Shown: one piece after another, positions 26,751 through 37,020 of the stretch
Layout: each line of letters opens with the position of its first letter
Position numbering within the stretch: the first letter of the stretch is position 1
NCBI RefSeq assembly: GCF_036365525.1
Contig: NC_090390.1
Location: 54,294,153-54,358,152, forward strand
DNA length: 64,000 nucleotides
From: Heterodontus francisci
Lineage: Eukaryota
Direction: 5' to 3'
Notes under the pieces: generated by a model
What the model was told of the DNA's origin: nothing
Database searches by the model: none
The model's input: the letters and a program-made list of their open reading frames with translations, nothing else
Made by a program: the position numbers and the translations under genes

Positions 26751-29460
26751 TATTTTTTTTATTTTTTTTATTTCCAAAATATACTTTATTCATAAAAATC
26801 TGCAAAAATTACATTGCCAAACAGTTTCCAAACAGCACCAAAAAATACAAACATTGCAAGGGAGATCAGTTTCCTTCAATACTGTCATGTGTTTCTTCCC
26901 AACCCTTCCGTTTCACAATTGTCATGTCAATTACAGTTTTACATTTACAGCAATTGAGAATATTAACGATACAGTTCGAGGGGTTTCCCATGGATCCAGC
27001 CCCTCAGTCCAGCTTGGTGGGGGAACCTTACACTGTGGTCTTTCCCCATTGAGCCTTTGCTGCGGCTGCCCCAAGCTTTAGTGCGTCCCTCAGCACGTAG
27101 TCCTGGACCTTGGAATGTGCCAGTCTGCAACATTCGGTGGTGGACAATTCTTTGCGCTGGAAGACCAGCAAGTTTCGGGCAGACCAAAGGGCGTCTTTCA
27201 CCGAATTGATAGTCCTCCAGCAGCAGTTGATGTTTGTCTCGGTGTGCGTCCCTGGGAACAGCCCGTAGAGCACAGACTCCTGTGTTACAGAGCTGCTTGG
27301 GATGAACCTTGACAAAAACCACTGCATCTCTTTCCACACCTGCTTTGCAAAGGCACATTCCAGGAGGAGGTGGGCGACCGTCTCTTCCCCACCACAGCCA
27401 ACGCGGGGGCACTGTGCGGAGGGGGCGAGACTTCGGGTGTGCATGAAGGATCTGACGGGGAGGGCCCTTCTCACCACCAGCCAAGCTACGTCTTGGTGCT
27501 TGTTTGAAAGTTCTGGTGATGAGGCATTCCGCCAAATGACTTTGACGGTCTGCTCGGGGAACCATCCGACAGGATCCACCGTTTCCTTTTCCCGTAGGGC
27601 CTTGAGGACATTCCGTGCAGACCACTGCCTGATGGACCGGTGGTCAAAGGTGTTTTTCCGCAGAAACTGCTCCACGAAGGATAGGTGGTACGGCGCCGCC
27701 CAACTGCATGGTGCGTTCCGCGGCAATGTGACCAGGCCCATCCTTCGCAACACTGGGGACAGATAGAACCTCAGCACGTAGTGACACTTGGAGTTTGCGT
27801 ACTGGGGATCTACACATAGCTTGATGCAGCCGCACACGAAGGTGGTCATCAGGATGAGGGCCACGTTGGGTACATTTTTCCCGCCCTTGTCCAGAGATTT
27901 GAACATCGTGTCCCTCCGGACCCGGTCCATTTTAGATCCCCAGACGAAGCGGAAAATGGCTCGGGTGACTGCCACGGCGCAGGAGTGGGGTATGGGCCAG
28001 ACCTGCGCCACGTAGAGCAACAACGTGAGCGCCTCGCACCTGATGACCAGGTTCTTACCCACAATGGAGAGAGATCGCTGCCCCCACATGCCCAACTTTT
28101 GTGGTACCTTGGCTACTCGCTCCTCCCATGTTTTGGTGCACGCCCCGGCACTTCCGAACCATATCCCGAGCACCTTCAGGTAATCTGACCTGACGGTGAA
28201 GGGGACAAAGGATCGGTCAGCCCAGTTCCCAAAGAACATGGCCTCGCTCTTGCCGTGGTTAACTTTGGCTCCCGAGGCCAGTTCGAACTGGTCGCAGATG
28301 CTCATCAGTCTGCGCACGGACAGCGGATCCGAGCAGAAGACGGCGACGTCATCCATGTACAGGGAGGTTTTGACCTGAGTGCCTCCGCTGCCTGGGATTG
28401 TCACCCCTCTTATGCTCGCATCCTTCCTAATAGACTCAGCAAAGGGTTCAATACAGCAAACAAACAAGACCGGGGACAGAGGACAGCCCTGTCTGACTCC
28501 AGATTTGATCGGGAAACTTTCAGATTCCCACCCGTTGATTGAGACTGCGCTACTGATGTTTGTGTAGAGCAGTTGGATCCAATTGCAGATTCCCTCCCCA
28601 AACCCCATTTTGGAAAGCACGTCCATCATGTAGGTGTGCGATATCCTGTCAAAAGCCTTCTCCTGGTCCAGGCTGATGAGGCAGGTGTCCACCCTCCTGT
28701 CCCGTACGTAGGCGATCGTATCCCTGAGTAGCGCGAGACTATCAGAGATCTTCCTGCCGGGTACAGTACAGGTCTGATCGGGGTGAATCACCAACTCCAG
28801 AGCAGACTTGACTCGACTGGCTATGACTTTGGACAGAATCTTGTAATCAACATTAAGCAGTGAGATGGGCCGCCAATTTCTGATTTCTGCCCTCTCCCCC
28901 TTCTGCTTGTAAATGAGGGTGATGATGCCTTTTCTCATGGATTCTGACATGCTGCCGGCCAGGAGCATACTCTCGTATACTTCCAGCAGGTCCGGGCCGA
29001 CCCAGTCCCACAGGGCCGAGTACAACTCGACCGGTAAGCCGTCGCTCCCGGGGGTTTTACTCGTCTCGAAAGACTCGACGGCCTTTGTCAGCTCGTCCAG
29101 AGTTAGCGGCTTGTCCAGTCCCTCCCTCCTGCTGTCATCTAAGACCTCTGTGATAGATGACAGGAAGGACTGGGAGGCTCTGCTGTCTGTGGGCTTCGCG
29201 TCATACAGCCCAGCATAAAAGGATTTGCTGATCCTTAGTATGTCGGACTGCGAAGACGTTACCGAGCCATCTTCTTCCTTCAGGCTGCTGATAACAGAGC
29301 TCTCTGTGTGTACCTTTTGGAAGAAGTAACGCGAGCACGTCTCATCCTGCTCGATGGAGCGGACTCTGGACCGGAAGATGATCTTGGAGGCCTCCTTGGC
29401 AAAGAGCGAGGCCTGCTGGCTCTTCACCTCTTGGAGGTCCTCCTTGACCTCGACCTCGAC
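26751..29460 (-). mobile_element. Young 5'-truncated Tx1/L1-clade LINE
   Basis: Poly(A), AATAAA, 3' UTR and an uninterrupted ORF2 frame. CpGs intact. Confidence 0.93.
27028..29427 (-). CDS. Tx1-like ORF2 remnant: reverse transcriptase plus C-terminal Cys/His knuckle, endonuclease truncated
   Basis: PGSDGL, NWRPISLLNVDYK, LDQEKAFDR, GVRQGCPLSP, YMDD, CPRVGCGGEETVAHLLLEC. Frame is open to the junction at 29460. Confidence 0.9.
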   Translation of the reverse strand: MKSQQASLFAKEASKIIFRSRVRSIEQDETCSRYFFQKVHTESSVISSLKEEDGSVTSSQSDILRISKSFYAGLYDAKPTDSRASQSFLSSITEVLDDSRREGLDKPLTLDELTKAVESFETSKTPGSDGLPVELYSALWDWVGPDLLEVYESMLLAGSMSESMRKGIITLIYKQKGERAEIRNWRPISLLNVDYKILSKVIASRVKSALELVIHPDQTCTVPGRKISDSLALLRDTIAYVRDRRVDTCLISLDQEKAFDRISHTYMMDVLSKMGFGEGICNWIQLLYTNISSAVSINGWESESFPIKSGVRQGCPLSPVLFVCCIEPFAESIRKDASIRGVTIPGSGGTQVKTSLYMDDVAVFCSDPLSVRRLMSICDQFELASGAKVNHGKSEAMFFGNWADRSFVPFTVRSDYLKVLGIWFGSAGACTKTWEERVAKVPQKLGMWGQRSLSIVGKNLVIRCEALTLLLYVAQVWPIPHSCAVAVTRAIFRFVWGSKMDRVRRDTMFKSLDKGGKNVPNVALILMTTFVCGCIKLCVDPQYANSKCHYVLRFYLSPVLRRMGLVTLPRNAPCSWAAPYHLSFVEQFLRKNTFDHRSIRQWSARNVLKALREKETVDPVGWFPEQTVKVIWRNASSPELSNKHQDVAWLVVRRALPVRSFMHTRSLAPSAQCPRVGCGGEETVAHLLLECAFAKQVWKEMQWFLSRFIPSSSVTQESVLYGLFPGTHTETNINCCWRTINSVKDALWSARNLLVFQRKELSTTECCRLAHSKVQDYVLRDALKLGAAAAKAQWGKTTV

Positions 29461-30162
29461 CTATTCCCTGATCCAATTAACCCAAATGGATTTTGATCAC
29501 CAGACATTGAAGGTGTAAGGAATTGCATTCCAGGGCCTGCTAAGATAATACAATCCACAAACACGCAAGTGGTTAAGCCTGTTAGTCACATGACTAACTT
29601 AGTTTTTTTTGTGTCACACAGAAAAGAATTCAGAATTCAGAACAAGCAAACCTCACTCCTGGCTGCCTCTCTCTCGCCCTCTCCCAAGCCACCGGACCCA
29701 CGGAAGACATGTACACCTCAAGAGGGAAAAGACTCCGACATCGAAACAAGTTGAAGTGTGAACTGGGCCCCAACGAATAGCAGGACTTACTGGCATCCAA
29801 AGACTCCACATTGAACCCAAAAGACAGTAAATAACTAACAGATATTGCCTCAAACTTTTCCCCTTTATTATTTCTAGTTTTTTCTGTCTCTATCTTCATG
29901 TGTGTTTATTGCGTATGCATGCTAGCGTGGTTGCATCACATATTTGTAGTCGTAAACCGGATTAGAGTTTAAGATTAATAAACTTCTACCTTCCTTGTTT
30001 CAATCTATGCCTGATTTCTTTGCCTTACAATTCGAGCAGTGAACAAGGATTCACTGAAGGGGGAGCTAAAAACATAGTGTTTCTAAAATTAAACCCTGTT
30101 ATGGTTAAACCAGGCAAAGGCTGAGAGTGAACGTTTTGACCCCTTCTCAACTGGTTGTAACG
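29461..30162 (+). mobile_element. 5'-truncated solo LTR (7598 family) abutting the Tx1 5' end
   Basis: Colinear with ~7764-8484. Confidence 0.87.
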
Positions 30163-30215
30163 CTAACAGTTTTTTCCCGATATATAATTTTTTTTAAATG
30201 GTAAGACTACAGCAA

Positions 30216-30510
30216 TAAGTTCTATCTATGTGTGATTTGGTCTTCCAAATTTCCTTATGTCCTACAAAAGGAATGTCGTGTGCTAACCTTAATAATTCCC
30301 GGCGATATTTAGGTGGTACCACTATCTGTTCAACAACTGTCCAGTCTTTGTTGGCAGATCTGTGAGGCGGACTCTATTTCCTCCTCAAAACGCCATCTGC
30401 CATATAATAGCCTTCTGGAATTCCTTTCGCCTCAGCTTCTGTCAGAGCCGTCTGTGCCATTCGGTATATCTCTGGATCAGCTTGCTGTGCTGCAATAATA
30501 GACGATCTGT
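30216..30510 (-). mobile_element. Gypsy integrase N-terminal fragment
   Basis: Hand translation: IIAAQQADPEI...GYYMADGVLRRK*...QIVVPPKYRRELLRLAHDIPFVGHKEIWKT. Confidence 0.8.
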
Positions 30511-30559
30511 TAAACATCTTATTTGGATTATTTAAATCCCCAAATAAGGTTTCAGATAC

Positions 30560-30718
30560 TTAGAGTCATAGAGTTGTACAGCATAGAAACAGGCCCTTCG
30601 ACCCACCGCGTCCATGCCAACCATAATGCCTATCTATATATAATCCCACCTGCCTGCATTAATTCCATATCCCTCTATGCCTTGCTCATTCAAGTACCTG
30701 TTCAGATGCCTCTTAAAT
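30560..30718 (-). mobile_element. HER1-like CR1 3' end
   Basis: Reverse complement of the tail at ~55200-55260. Confidence 0.75.
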
Positions 30719-30780
30719 GGAGGGGGGGTGGGGGGGAGGGAAAGGTGGGGGGGGGGGAAGGGAAAGGTAGGGGGGGGGGC
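30719..30780 (+). repeat. G-tract cluster (G-quadruplex-capable)
   Basis: Six or more runs of at least 3 G. Confidence 0.8.
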
Positions 30781-30999
30781 TGAGAGGACTAGGTGGTGAG
30801 ATTTGTTGAGTTGCTCTTGTCGAGAGCTGGCATGAACACAACAGGTGGAATAGTCTCCTTCTGTGCTCCCACTGGTCTATGATATAAATAGGTGGTGTGT
30901 TGTAAGTCAGTTTTGCAAATAAAAAATACGGCCACCTTATCCGAAATGTAACAAGCTGTTTCGACATTTTACCAAGGCTCAGGCTATCTCCTTTTTCCT

Positions 31000-31500
31000 A
31001 GATACAAGCCGTACCCGAACCGCCACCCACCACAGCATCTTCACTGACGGCGGCTAGTAACGCAGATCTTTCCGGTTGCGTGGCGCGCAGACCAGCCTCC
31101 GTCACGTGGGTCACACGCGCCTATTTAAACGGTCATCGGGAACACGCATGCGTTGGTTCCAGTGAGATTAGCAGCTTTAGAAGGAGCGGTGAAGGTGAGG
31201 AGGAGCATGAGCACTCTTTCGGCTGATTCGGATAACCTGTTTTTTTCCTCGGGTTGGGCCACATCGCATCGGCGCGGTTAATTGTAACTCGCTTGGAAAT
31301 GCCGGATTTTGACGCGATTTCTCGGCTGCCTGTTTCTCCCTTACTCCGTCTGCAGACAACGATGAATTAACTTGTTCACTCCTGGCCCCTGCGATGTGAT
31401 TAATTGTAAATGAAGGGAACGCTGGATGTCCCACCCCGCTGGTAATTGGTCGATCTGCCAATTTATAAGGAAGTAAAGTCATTTCTATCTGTTATGGCGA
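31000..31500 (+). promoter_or_regulatory. OAT: CpG-rich OAT promoter: E-box GTCACGTG (31101-31108), TATA-like TATTTAAA (31122-31129), palindrome ACGCATGCGT (NRF1-like, 31144-31153), ETS-like TTCCGGTT (~31070)
   Basis: Main non-repeat CpG-dense stretch in the window. Motifs read directly, and it is followed by a splice donor 4.7 kb upstream of the first coding exon. Confidence 0.75.
31152..31194 (+). other. OAT: Probable non-coding exon 1 of OAT (TSS approximate)
   Basis: Starts ~30 nt after the TATA-like box and ends at donor GAAG|GTGAGG (GT at 31195). Vertebrate OAT has a non-coding first exon. Confidence 0.6.
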
Positions 31501-31510
31501 TGAAAAGATA

Positions 31511-31820
31511 GCGCAGTGGTTAGCACCGCAGCCCGGGTTCGATTCCTGGTACTGCCTGTGCAAGTTCTCCCTGTGTCTGCGTGGGTTTTCTCCGGTGCTC
31601 CGGTTTCCTCCCTTAAGCAAGATTTGCATTTTGATAGGTAAATTGGCCATTATAAATTGTCACTAGTATAGGTAGGTGGTAGGGAAATATAGGAACAGGT
31701 GGGGATGTTTGGTAGGAATATGGGATTAGTGTAGGATTAGTATAAATGGGTGGCTGATGTTCGGCACAGACTCAGTGGGCCGAAGGGCCTGTTTCAGTGC
31801 TGTATTTCTAAGCTAAAAAA
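31511..31820 (+). mobile_element. HE1-like V-SINE
   Basis: tRNA A/B boxes, central domain and gggccgaagggcctgttt tail. Confidence 0.88.
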
Positions 31821-32129
31821 TAGCAGAGCAGTTAAATGTGTTCGAGTGTTCTGTATTGCCAGCCATTGAAGAAAGCTAGTGTACAGGGAATAGTGAAGTC
31901 TGTGTTTGCAGTTTGCTTTAAGCCTGTTTGTGGACACTTGGATGATTTCAATAGAGTTGTGGATGTATTTTGGTATACTTCAGCAGAAGTTAGGATGGCT
32001 ATAAATCATGCAGCTCTGAGATATTAAGGCCAGGTTGAAAGCCCACTTAATGGTAGCAGGGGAGCTGTTTTATTTTGACTTTGGAGCATATTCAAACCAA
32101 AATGAATGTTGCTACAGCTGAAATGTGGG

Positions 32130-32799
32130 TGTTAGTGGGAATGAATCTAGAAGAATCACTCGACACTCAGGTCTGCTCCAATGTTAAACAGTTTATTGAG
32201 TTACGCCAGCGGGGAGCAGGTCACTAGTCTGTCCAGATGCCTCTCCACTGAACAAAGGTTCCGATGAAGGGTCACTGACCCGAAACGTTAACTCTGCTTC
32301 TCTTTCCACAGATGCTGCCAGACCTGCTGAGTGGTTCCAGCATTTCTTGTTTTTATTTCAGATTTCCAGCATCTGCAGTATTTTGCTTTTATGTAAAGGA
32401 AAATCCACAACAGATATACTCAGCCCATCCCGGCTGGACATAATCCAATCATAATGGTTATTGATTACATACATTACACATATTACCAATTAGATTACTC
32501 ATTAGGCATCAGGTGGCTACGTGATCAGCTCATAGCAAGCCCCCTGATCATCTTGTGATGTTTCCCAGACCCCCTTATCAACTACCCTTGAGTCTTCACA
32601 ATGAATCCTTTTACCTTTCTCAAGCTTGCATTCCTGATTGCTTCGTGCAGTCTGCAGTTACACAAAGCAACTGTCTTATACACTGATATGAGGGACCCTG
32701 CTTGGTCAGCCCAACTGTCTGTGTCTACTTACTCAAATAACATTTAAACAGTATGATATTTACTGCAGGTGCCTCTGCACTTGGGAATACCCTACAACA
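32130..32799 (-). mobile_element. Solo LTR (distinct family), 4-bp TSD TGGG, in OAT intron 1
   Basis: tgttag...ctacaaca termini. TGGG at 32126-32129 and 32800-32803. AATAAA on the minus strand at ~32193. Confidence 0.8.
32258..32392 (+). mobile_element. Penelope-like terminal repeat with hammerhead motif (32258-32294)
   Basis: gtt-CCGATGA-a-gggtc-act-gaccc-GAAA-cgtt-aac. Confidence 0.78.
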
Positions 32800-33292
32800 T
32801 GGGTTTCAGGTTACAAGCTCCTCAATTGTGAGTTTGCAGGGAGCTGATTGGTCTGTACAGTATTTACCCCAAGCTGTTAAACTGTTAAAAATATTTTTTT
32901 AGAAAATGTGTACTATGCTTGGTTGCTTTGCAACTCCTGCTTGCCATTTGGGGAATGCTGGGGTCCAGGTGAAACATGGTTATGTTTACTGCAAGATCTC
33001 AGTTTAATGCAGTCTTTTATATAAAAAAAAATTGTCATTTTATAAATGGGCTGCTTATTTAAAGTGCTTTTTTGTCTTGTAAATGTTTGGTTTTAGAGGA
33101 AGATGGTAGCTTATATAAATATTCAAGATATTTTGGTTGCAGGATGATTTGTAGATTACTTGAAAGTTGGCATGCATCATGAAGTATTTTCTGTAATGTA
33201 TTCCTTTTGATATCAAGGGTGTATTAAACCCACTGACCAATCAGCAACTCAGTTGCTGCAGTTGCCTCACTCCCTTCACAACACTTTGACAA

Positions 33293-33749
33293 GTAAAAAC
33301 AAGAAATGCTGAAATATGGGCGGCACAGTGGCGCAGTGGTTAGCACCGCAGCCTCACAGCTCCAGCGACCTGGGTTCAATTCTGGGTACTGCCTGTGTGG
33401 AGTTTGCAAGTTCTCCCTGTGTCTGTGGGTTTTCGCCGGGTGCTCTGGTTTCCTCCCACCACCGAAGACTTGCAGGTTGATAGGTAAATTGGCCATCATA
33501 AATTGCCCCTAGTATAGGTAGGTGGTAGGGAAATATAGGGACAGGTGGGGATATGGTAGGAATATGGGATTAGTGTAGGATTAGTATAAATGGGTGGTTG
33601 ATGGTCGGCACAGACTTGGTGGGCCGAAGGGCCTGTTTCAGTGCTGTATCTCTAAACAAAAAAATAAAAACCACTCAACAGGTCTGGCAGCATCTGTGGA
33701 AAGAGAAACAGAGTTAACATTTCGGGTCAGTGACCCTTCTTCGGAACTC
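33293..33749 (-). mobile_element. Penelope-like hammerhead repeat split by a SINE
   Basis: aaaacaagaaatgctgaaa...[SINE]...ccactcaacagg...cttcggaactc. Confidence 0.75.
33318..33670 (+). mobile_element. Full-length HE1-like V-SINE
   Basis: gggcggcacagtggcgcagtggttagc head, B-box ggttcaattc, LINE-derived tail. Confidence 0.92.
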
Positions 33750-33924
33750 AATGTTAGACAAGTGTTGGGTGGTTCTGCCAAAACCTATTTCTTAAGATTC
33801 ACGGACATCAAAAGCAACTGTTTTTGCCAGAGACAATATTTAAATGCAGTGTGGTGTTTGATGGTGCTGTTAGTGATTTTAATTCTTGTGTTCAAGTGTT
33901 GTAATGAAAGATTATTATAAATAC

Positions 33925-34000
33925 AGAAAGCAGGTCAGGTAGTATCTGTGGAGGGGGAAGTAGTTAACTATTCAGGTTGATGACCTTTCATCAGAAACTT
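33925..34000 (-). mobile_element. Older Penelope-like repeat with canonical CTGATGA core
   Basis: Reverse complement tttCTGATGAaaggtcatcaacctgaatagttaac. Confidence 0.55.
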
Positions 34001-34457
34001 TCTTTTGCTAAATATATTTTCAGGAACATGGTTATGGTTTATTCCAGGCTCAGTAATTGTAGGCATGTCGTTCAGAGTTTTTGTTCCTGGGAGTTGAGTT
34101 ACAAAAGGGCATTCATTGGTTGTAACTTGCCTTTCAATCTGGTCCTAGTGTTCAAGTTTCCATGAAAACGCTTGATGTTCTGATCTAATAACCCAGAATT
34201 TGTTCCAAAATGGTGAATATTTCTAGGTCACTTTGGGTATTGTTTGAAATGTAATTACAAAGTTTAGGATTAAGTTTATTTTATCATAGAAATCAAATTT
34301 TTGCTGTCTAATGTTTCTGTTAGGATGGGCTACAAAATAAAGCTTGCTTTATATAGAGTAAGCAGTTTTTTCAGAAACTTGATTGTGGTTAGCAGGAGTG
34401 ATGGTTTAAAACATCATATCTAGGTGCTTTTAGTAGCAAGAAAGGCACAAATGGTCT

Positions 34458-34646
34458 AGAAAATGCTGGAAATACTCAAATCAGCCAGCATCTGTGGAGA
34501 GAGAAAGAATTAACATTTCAGCTCGATTGACCTTTTGTCAGCACTCTGAAATGTACTCTCCCTGAGACGTTAACTCTGTTTATTTTCTTTCTCCACATAT
34601 GCTGCTTGACCTGAGTATTTCCAGCATCTGCTGTATTTTGCTCTTG
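34458..34646. mobile_element. Inverted pair of Penelope-like repeats
   Basis: Minus unit followed by plus unit, giving an imperfect hairpin. Confidence 0.7.
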
Positions 34647-35887
34647 TATGTTACAACAGGAGTAAAACAAAAAAGTCACAAACTGGGAAACGGCACAGGA
34701 TAGAGATATTTGTGGGGGTGGGTGGGTTAGGGGCAGTGAAAGTACAATGCCTTTGTTAATTACCTTTATAGCAGTTTAGTTTGTCTCTAAAATACAATAT
34801 ATTAAAGTGCAAATATTTGTACATTTGTGCTTGAGGAAAAACTTTCTCGCAGCGAGTTAAGGTCTGGAATGCGCTGCCTGAATGAGAAGAGAATGTGCAG
34901 GATTGGGGGAGAAGGCAGGGGAATAGAACAGAGGGCGTTGCTCTTTTAGAGAGCTGGTGCAGATTTGAAGGGCCAAATGGCTGCCTTCTGCACTGGAATG
35001 ATTCTGTGATTGTGTTGGTATTTATTCATTGCTGGCTGTACAAGCCAATCCTCAGTTAACTAGAGCAATATTCCCTGCTTGTTGCATCATCTGGAAACAT
35101 AATACGACGTCCTTCCAGACTATTGCCAGCTCCAAGCTTTCAGTGATGCTGAAGCAAGCATTAAAGTAGTCCGGCATAGTTTTATTACTATATTAACTCT
35201 GTATATGCAAAAATAAATTCACTTGCTCAGCCTTGCTTTCCTGTGTCAAGTTCCCTATTTTTGTTAAACATTAGAAGTGATCCTAAAAGTATACATATTT
35301 ATGAACTTCCTTGCATGGCAAGGGTGCTGTTTGGAGAGCAATACAATTTGGTGATGGCTTCTTGACATCAGATGTAGTTGCATCATGGCTGTGTAGAGGA
35401 GGGTTAAGATTTTGGCTTCTGTGGGATGTTAGGAAGGGATTGTTGAATTGGGCTAATCTTGTGCATTGGTCTGGGCTGTGTAGGAATTAGGCAAGTGACT
35501 GCCTCATACCTACTGAACCGGAGATGGAGTCTGTAAATTACTTTTAAATGCTGTTCATCTGTAATACCTTCTAGTTTTGGTCCTTGCACAGTTTTTTCTA
35601 AGAAGTACTAAGTATTCAGATGCAGCCCAGAAGATTTAAGTTAACTCATGTTCATGTTGCTGTTTATGGGATGTGATTTTATTTTCCAAATGGATAGTAC
35701 CTGTGCACGTACTTCATTTGTCATTTAAAACTTATTTGAATGTTTCAGCATCGTAGCTGAAACATTGAAATGGAATATTAGCTGAGGCCAAGTTTCATTG
35801 TTTCATAAATTGCATAAAATTTAATACACAAATAATTAAACTCTATTCCTTCATTTGTGCAGCAAAGCTTGGAACGTATTTTTAAAA

Positions 35888-36089
35888 ATGCTGTCCCGAT
35901 TCTCACATTCCATAAGTTCCAGTGCTTCGGTCTTGAAGCGAAGACTCAAGACAGTGGCTTACTCTGCCGCCACCGAAACATCATTAAAATCTGAGAAGTC
36001 ACTTACTTCAGAAGAGGTTTTTGCACGTGAAGAAAAGTATGGTGCGCATAATTATAGTCCACTGCCTGTAGCATTGGCCAAAGGGGAAG
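35888..36089 (+). CDS. OAT: Ornithine aminotransferase, coding exon 1 (start codon, mitochondrial transit peptide, ...[17 protein letters not shown])
   Basis: Acceptor tttgtgcag at 35862, ATG 35888 in aaaATG context, OAT motif GAHNYxPLPVAL, donor G|GTAGG. Ser/Arg-rich, acid-free N-terminus. Confidence 0.96.
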
Positions 36090-36574
36090 GTAGGCACTTG
36101 AATGCTTGATCTTAAACTTAATTGCTGATTCTACAATCAACAATGCCCAAGCCAAACACAGCTACAGCATTGCTTGTGCTTTTAAGCCAAATACAATTGA
36201 TATTTCATGTTGTATTCAAATTTATTGAAATAGAGTACAGGCCATTTTGATTCAAGGCTTGGTGATTGTACAGCTTGCTTTTGGATGTCTTATATTAATC
36301 ACTCTGGATGAGAGAAGTCATTCAGCTCCTCATCCATCCAGGTGAAGTCCCTCCTGTATTGGAGCACCAGTTAGATCTTAAATGGTTGCATATTTTTGCT
36401 TTCTCTGCTCAACCTGATAGCCTATTCCATATATCCACTGTGCATGAAGTACTTTTTAAGATTAGTCTGAAATCTTCGTTGAACTGGTTTTGAACTTGTT
36501 CCCTTGGCCAACTCTTGCAGTTTAATTTAAAGTAATTTCCCGGATTTAACTTTTCTATATTGATAACTATGTTC

Positions 36575-37020
36575 TATATGTCATGGAGTCATAATGGCAC
36601 AGAAGGAGGGCATTTGGCCCATTGCGTACATACCAGCTCTCTGCAGAGAAATCCAATCAGTCCCATTCTCTGGCTGTATCCTCATAGCTCTGTAAATTAT
36701 TTCTCTCCATTGCCTATTCAATTTTCCACTTTCACCACCCTCATAGGCACTGAGTTCCAGGTCATCACCACTCACTGTGTATAAAAAAAAAAAACTTGTT
36801 CCTCACATCCCTCCCCTGCACTTCTTGCCCAAAACCTTAAATCTCTTTCCTGTGGTCCTTGCACCAACAGAAAATGGGAATACCTTTTCTTTGTCTACCC
36901 TATCTAAACCTGTCAGAATCCTGTACACCTCTATCAAATCTCCCCTCCAATCTCCTTTGCTCCAAGGAGAACAACTCCACTTTCTCCATCCTAACCTTGT
37001 AGCTAAAAATCACTCATCCG
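36575..37020 (-). mobile_element. CR1 3' fragment
   Basis: Reverse complement of the CR1 3' region seen at ~13600-14040. Confidence 0.75.

Noticed and set aside
26963-27625. 220-aa alternative-frame ORF
   Set aside because: It overlaps the Tx1 ORF2 in GC-rich sequence and has no recognisable motif.
1-31000. Search for a neighbouring host gene (e.g. NKX1-2 homeobox)
   Set aside because: No homeodomain or other host exon recognised on either strand. Small exons could have been missed by eye.
33318-33390. tRNA-like sequence (also 31511, 43401, ~24600)
   Set aside because: These are SINE heads with A/B boxes continuing into SINE bodies, not tRNA genes.
35855-35887. Upstream TTG start in the ORF track for OAT
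   Set aside because: It overlaps the intron acceptor. The ATG at 35888 fits the transit peptide and homology.
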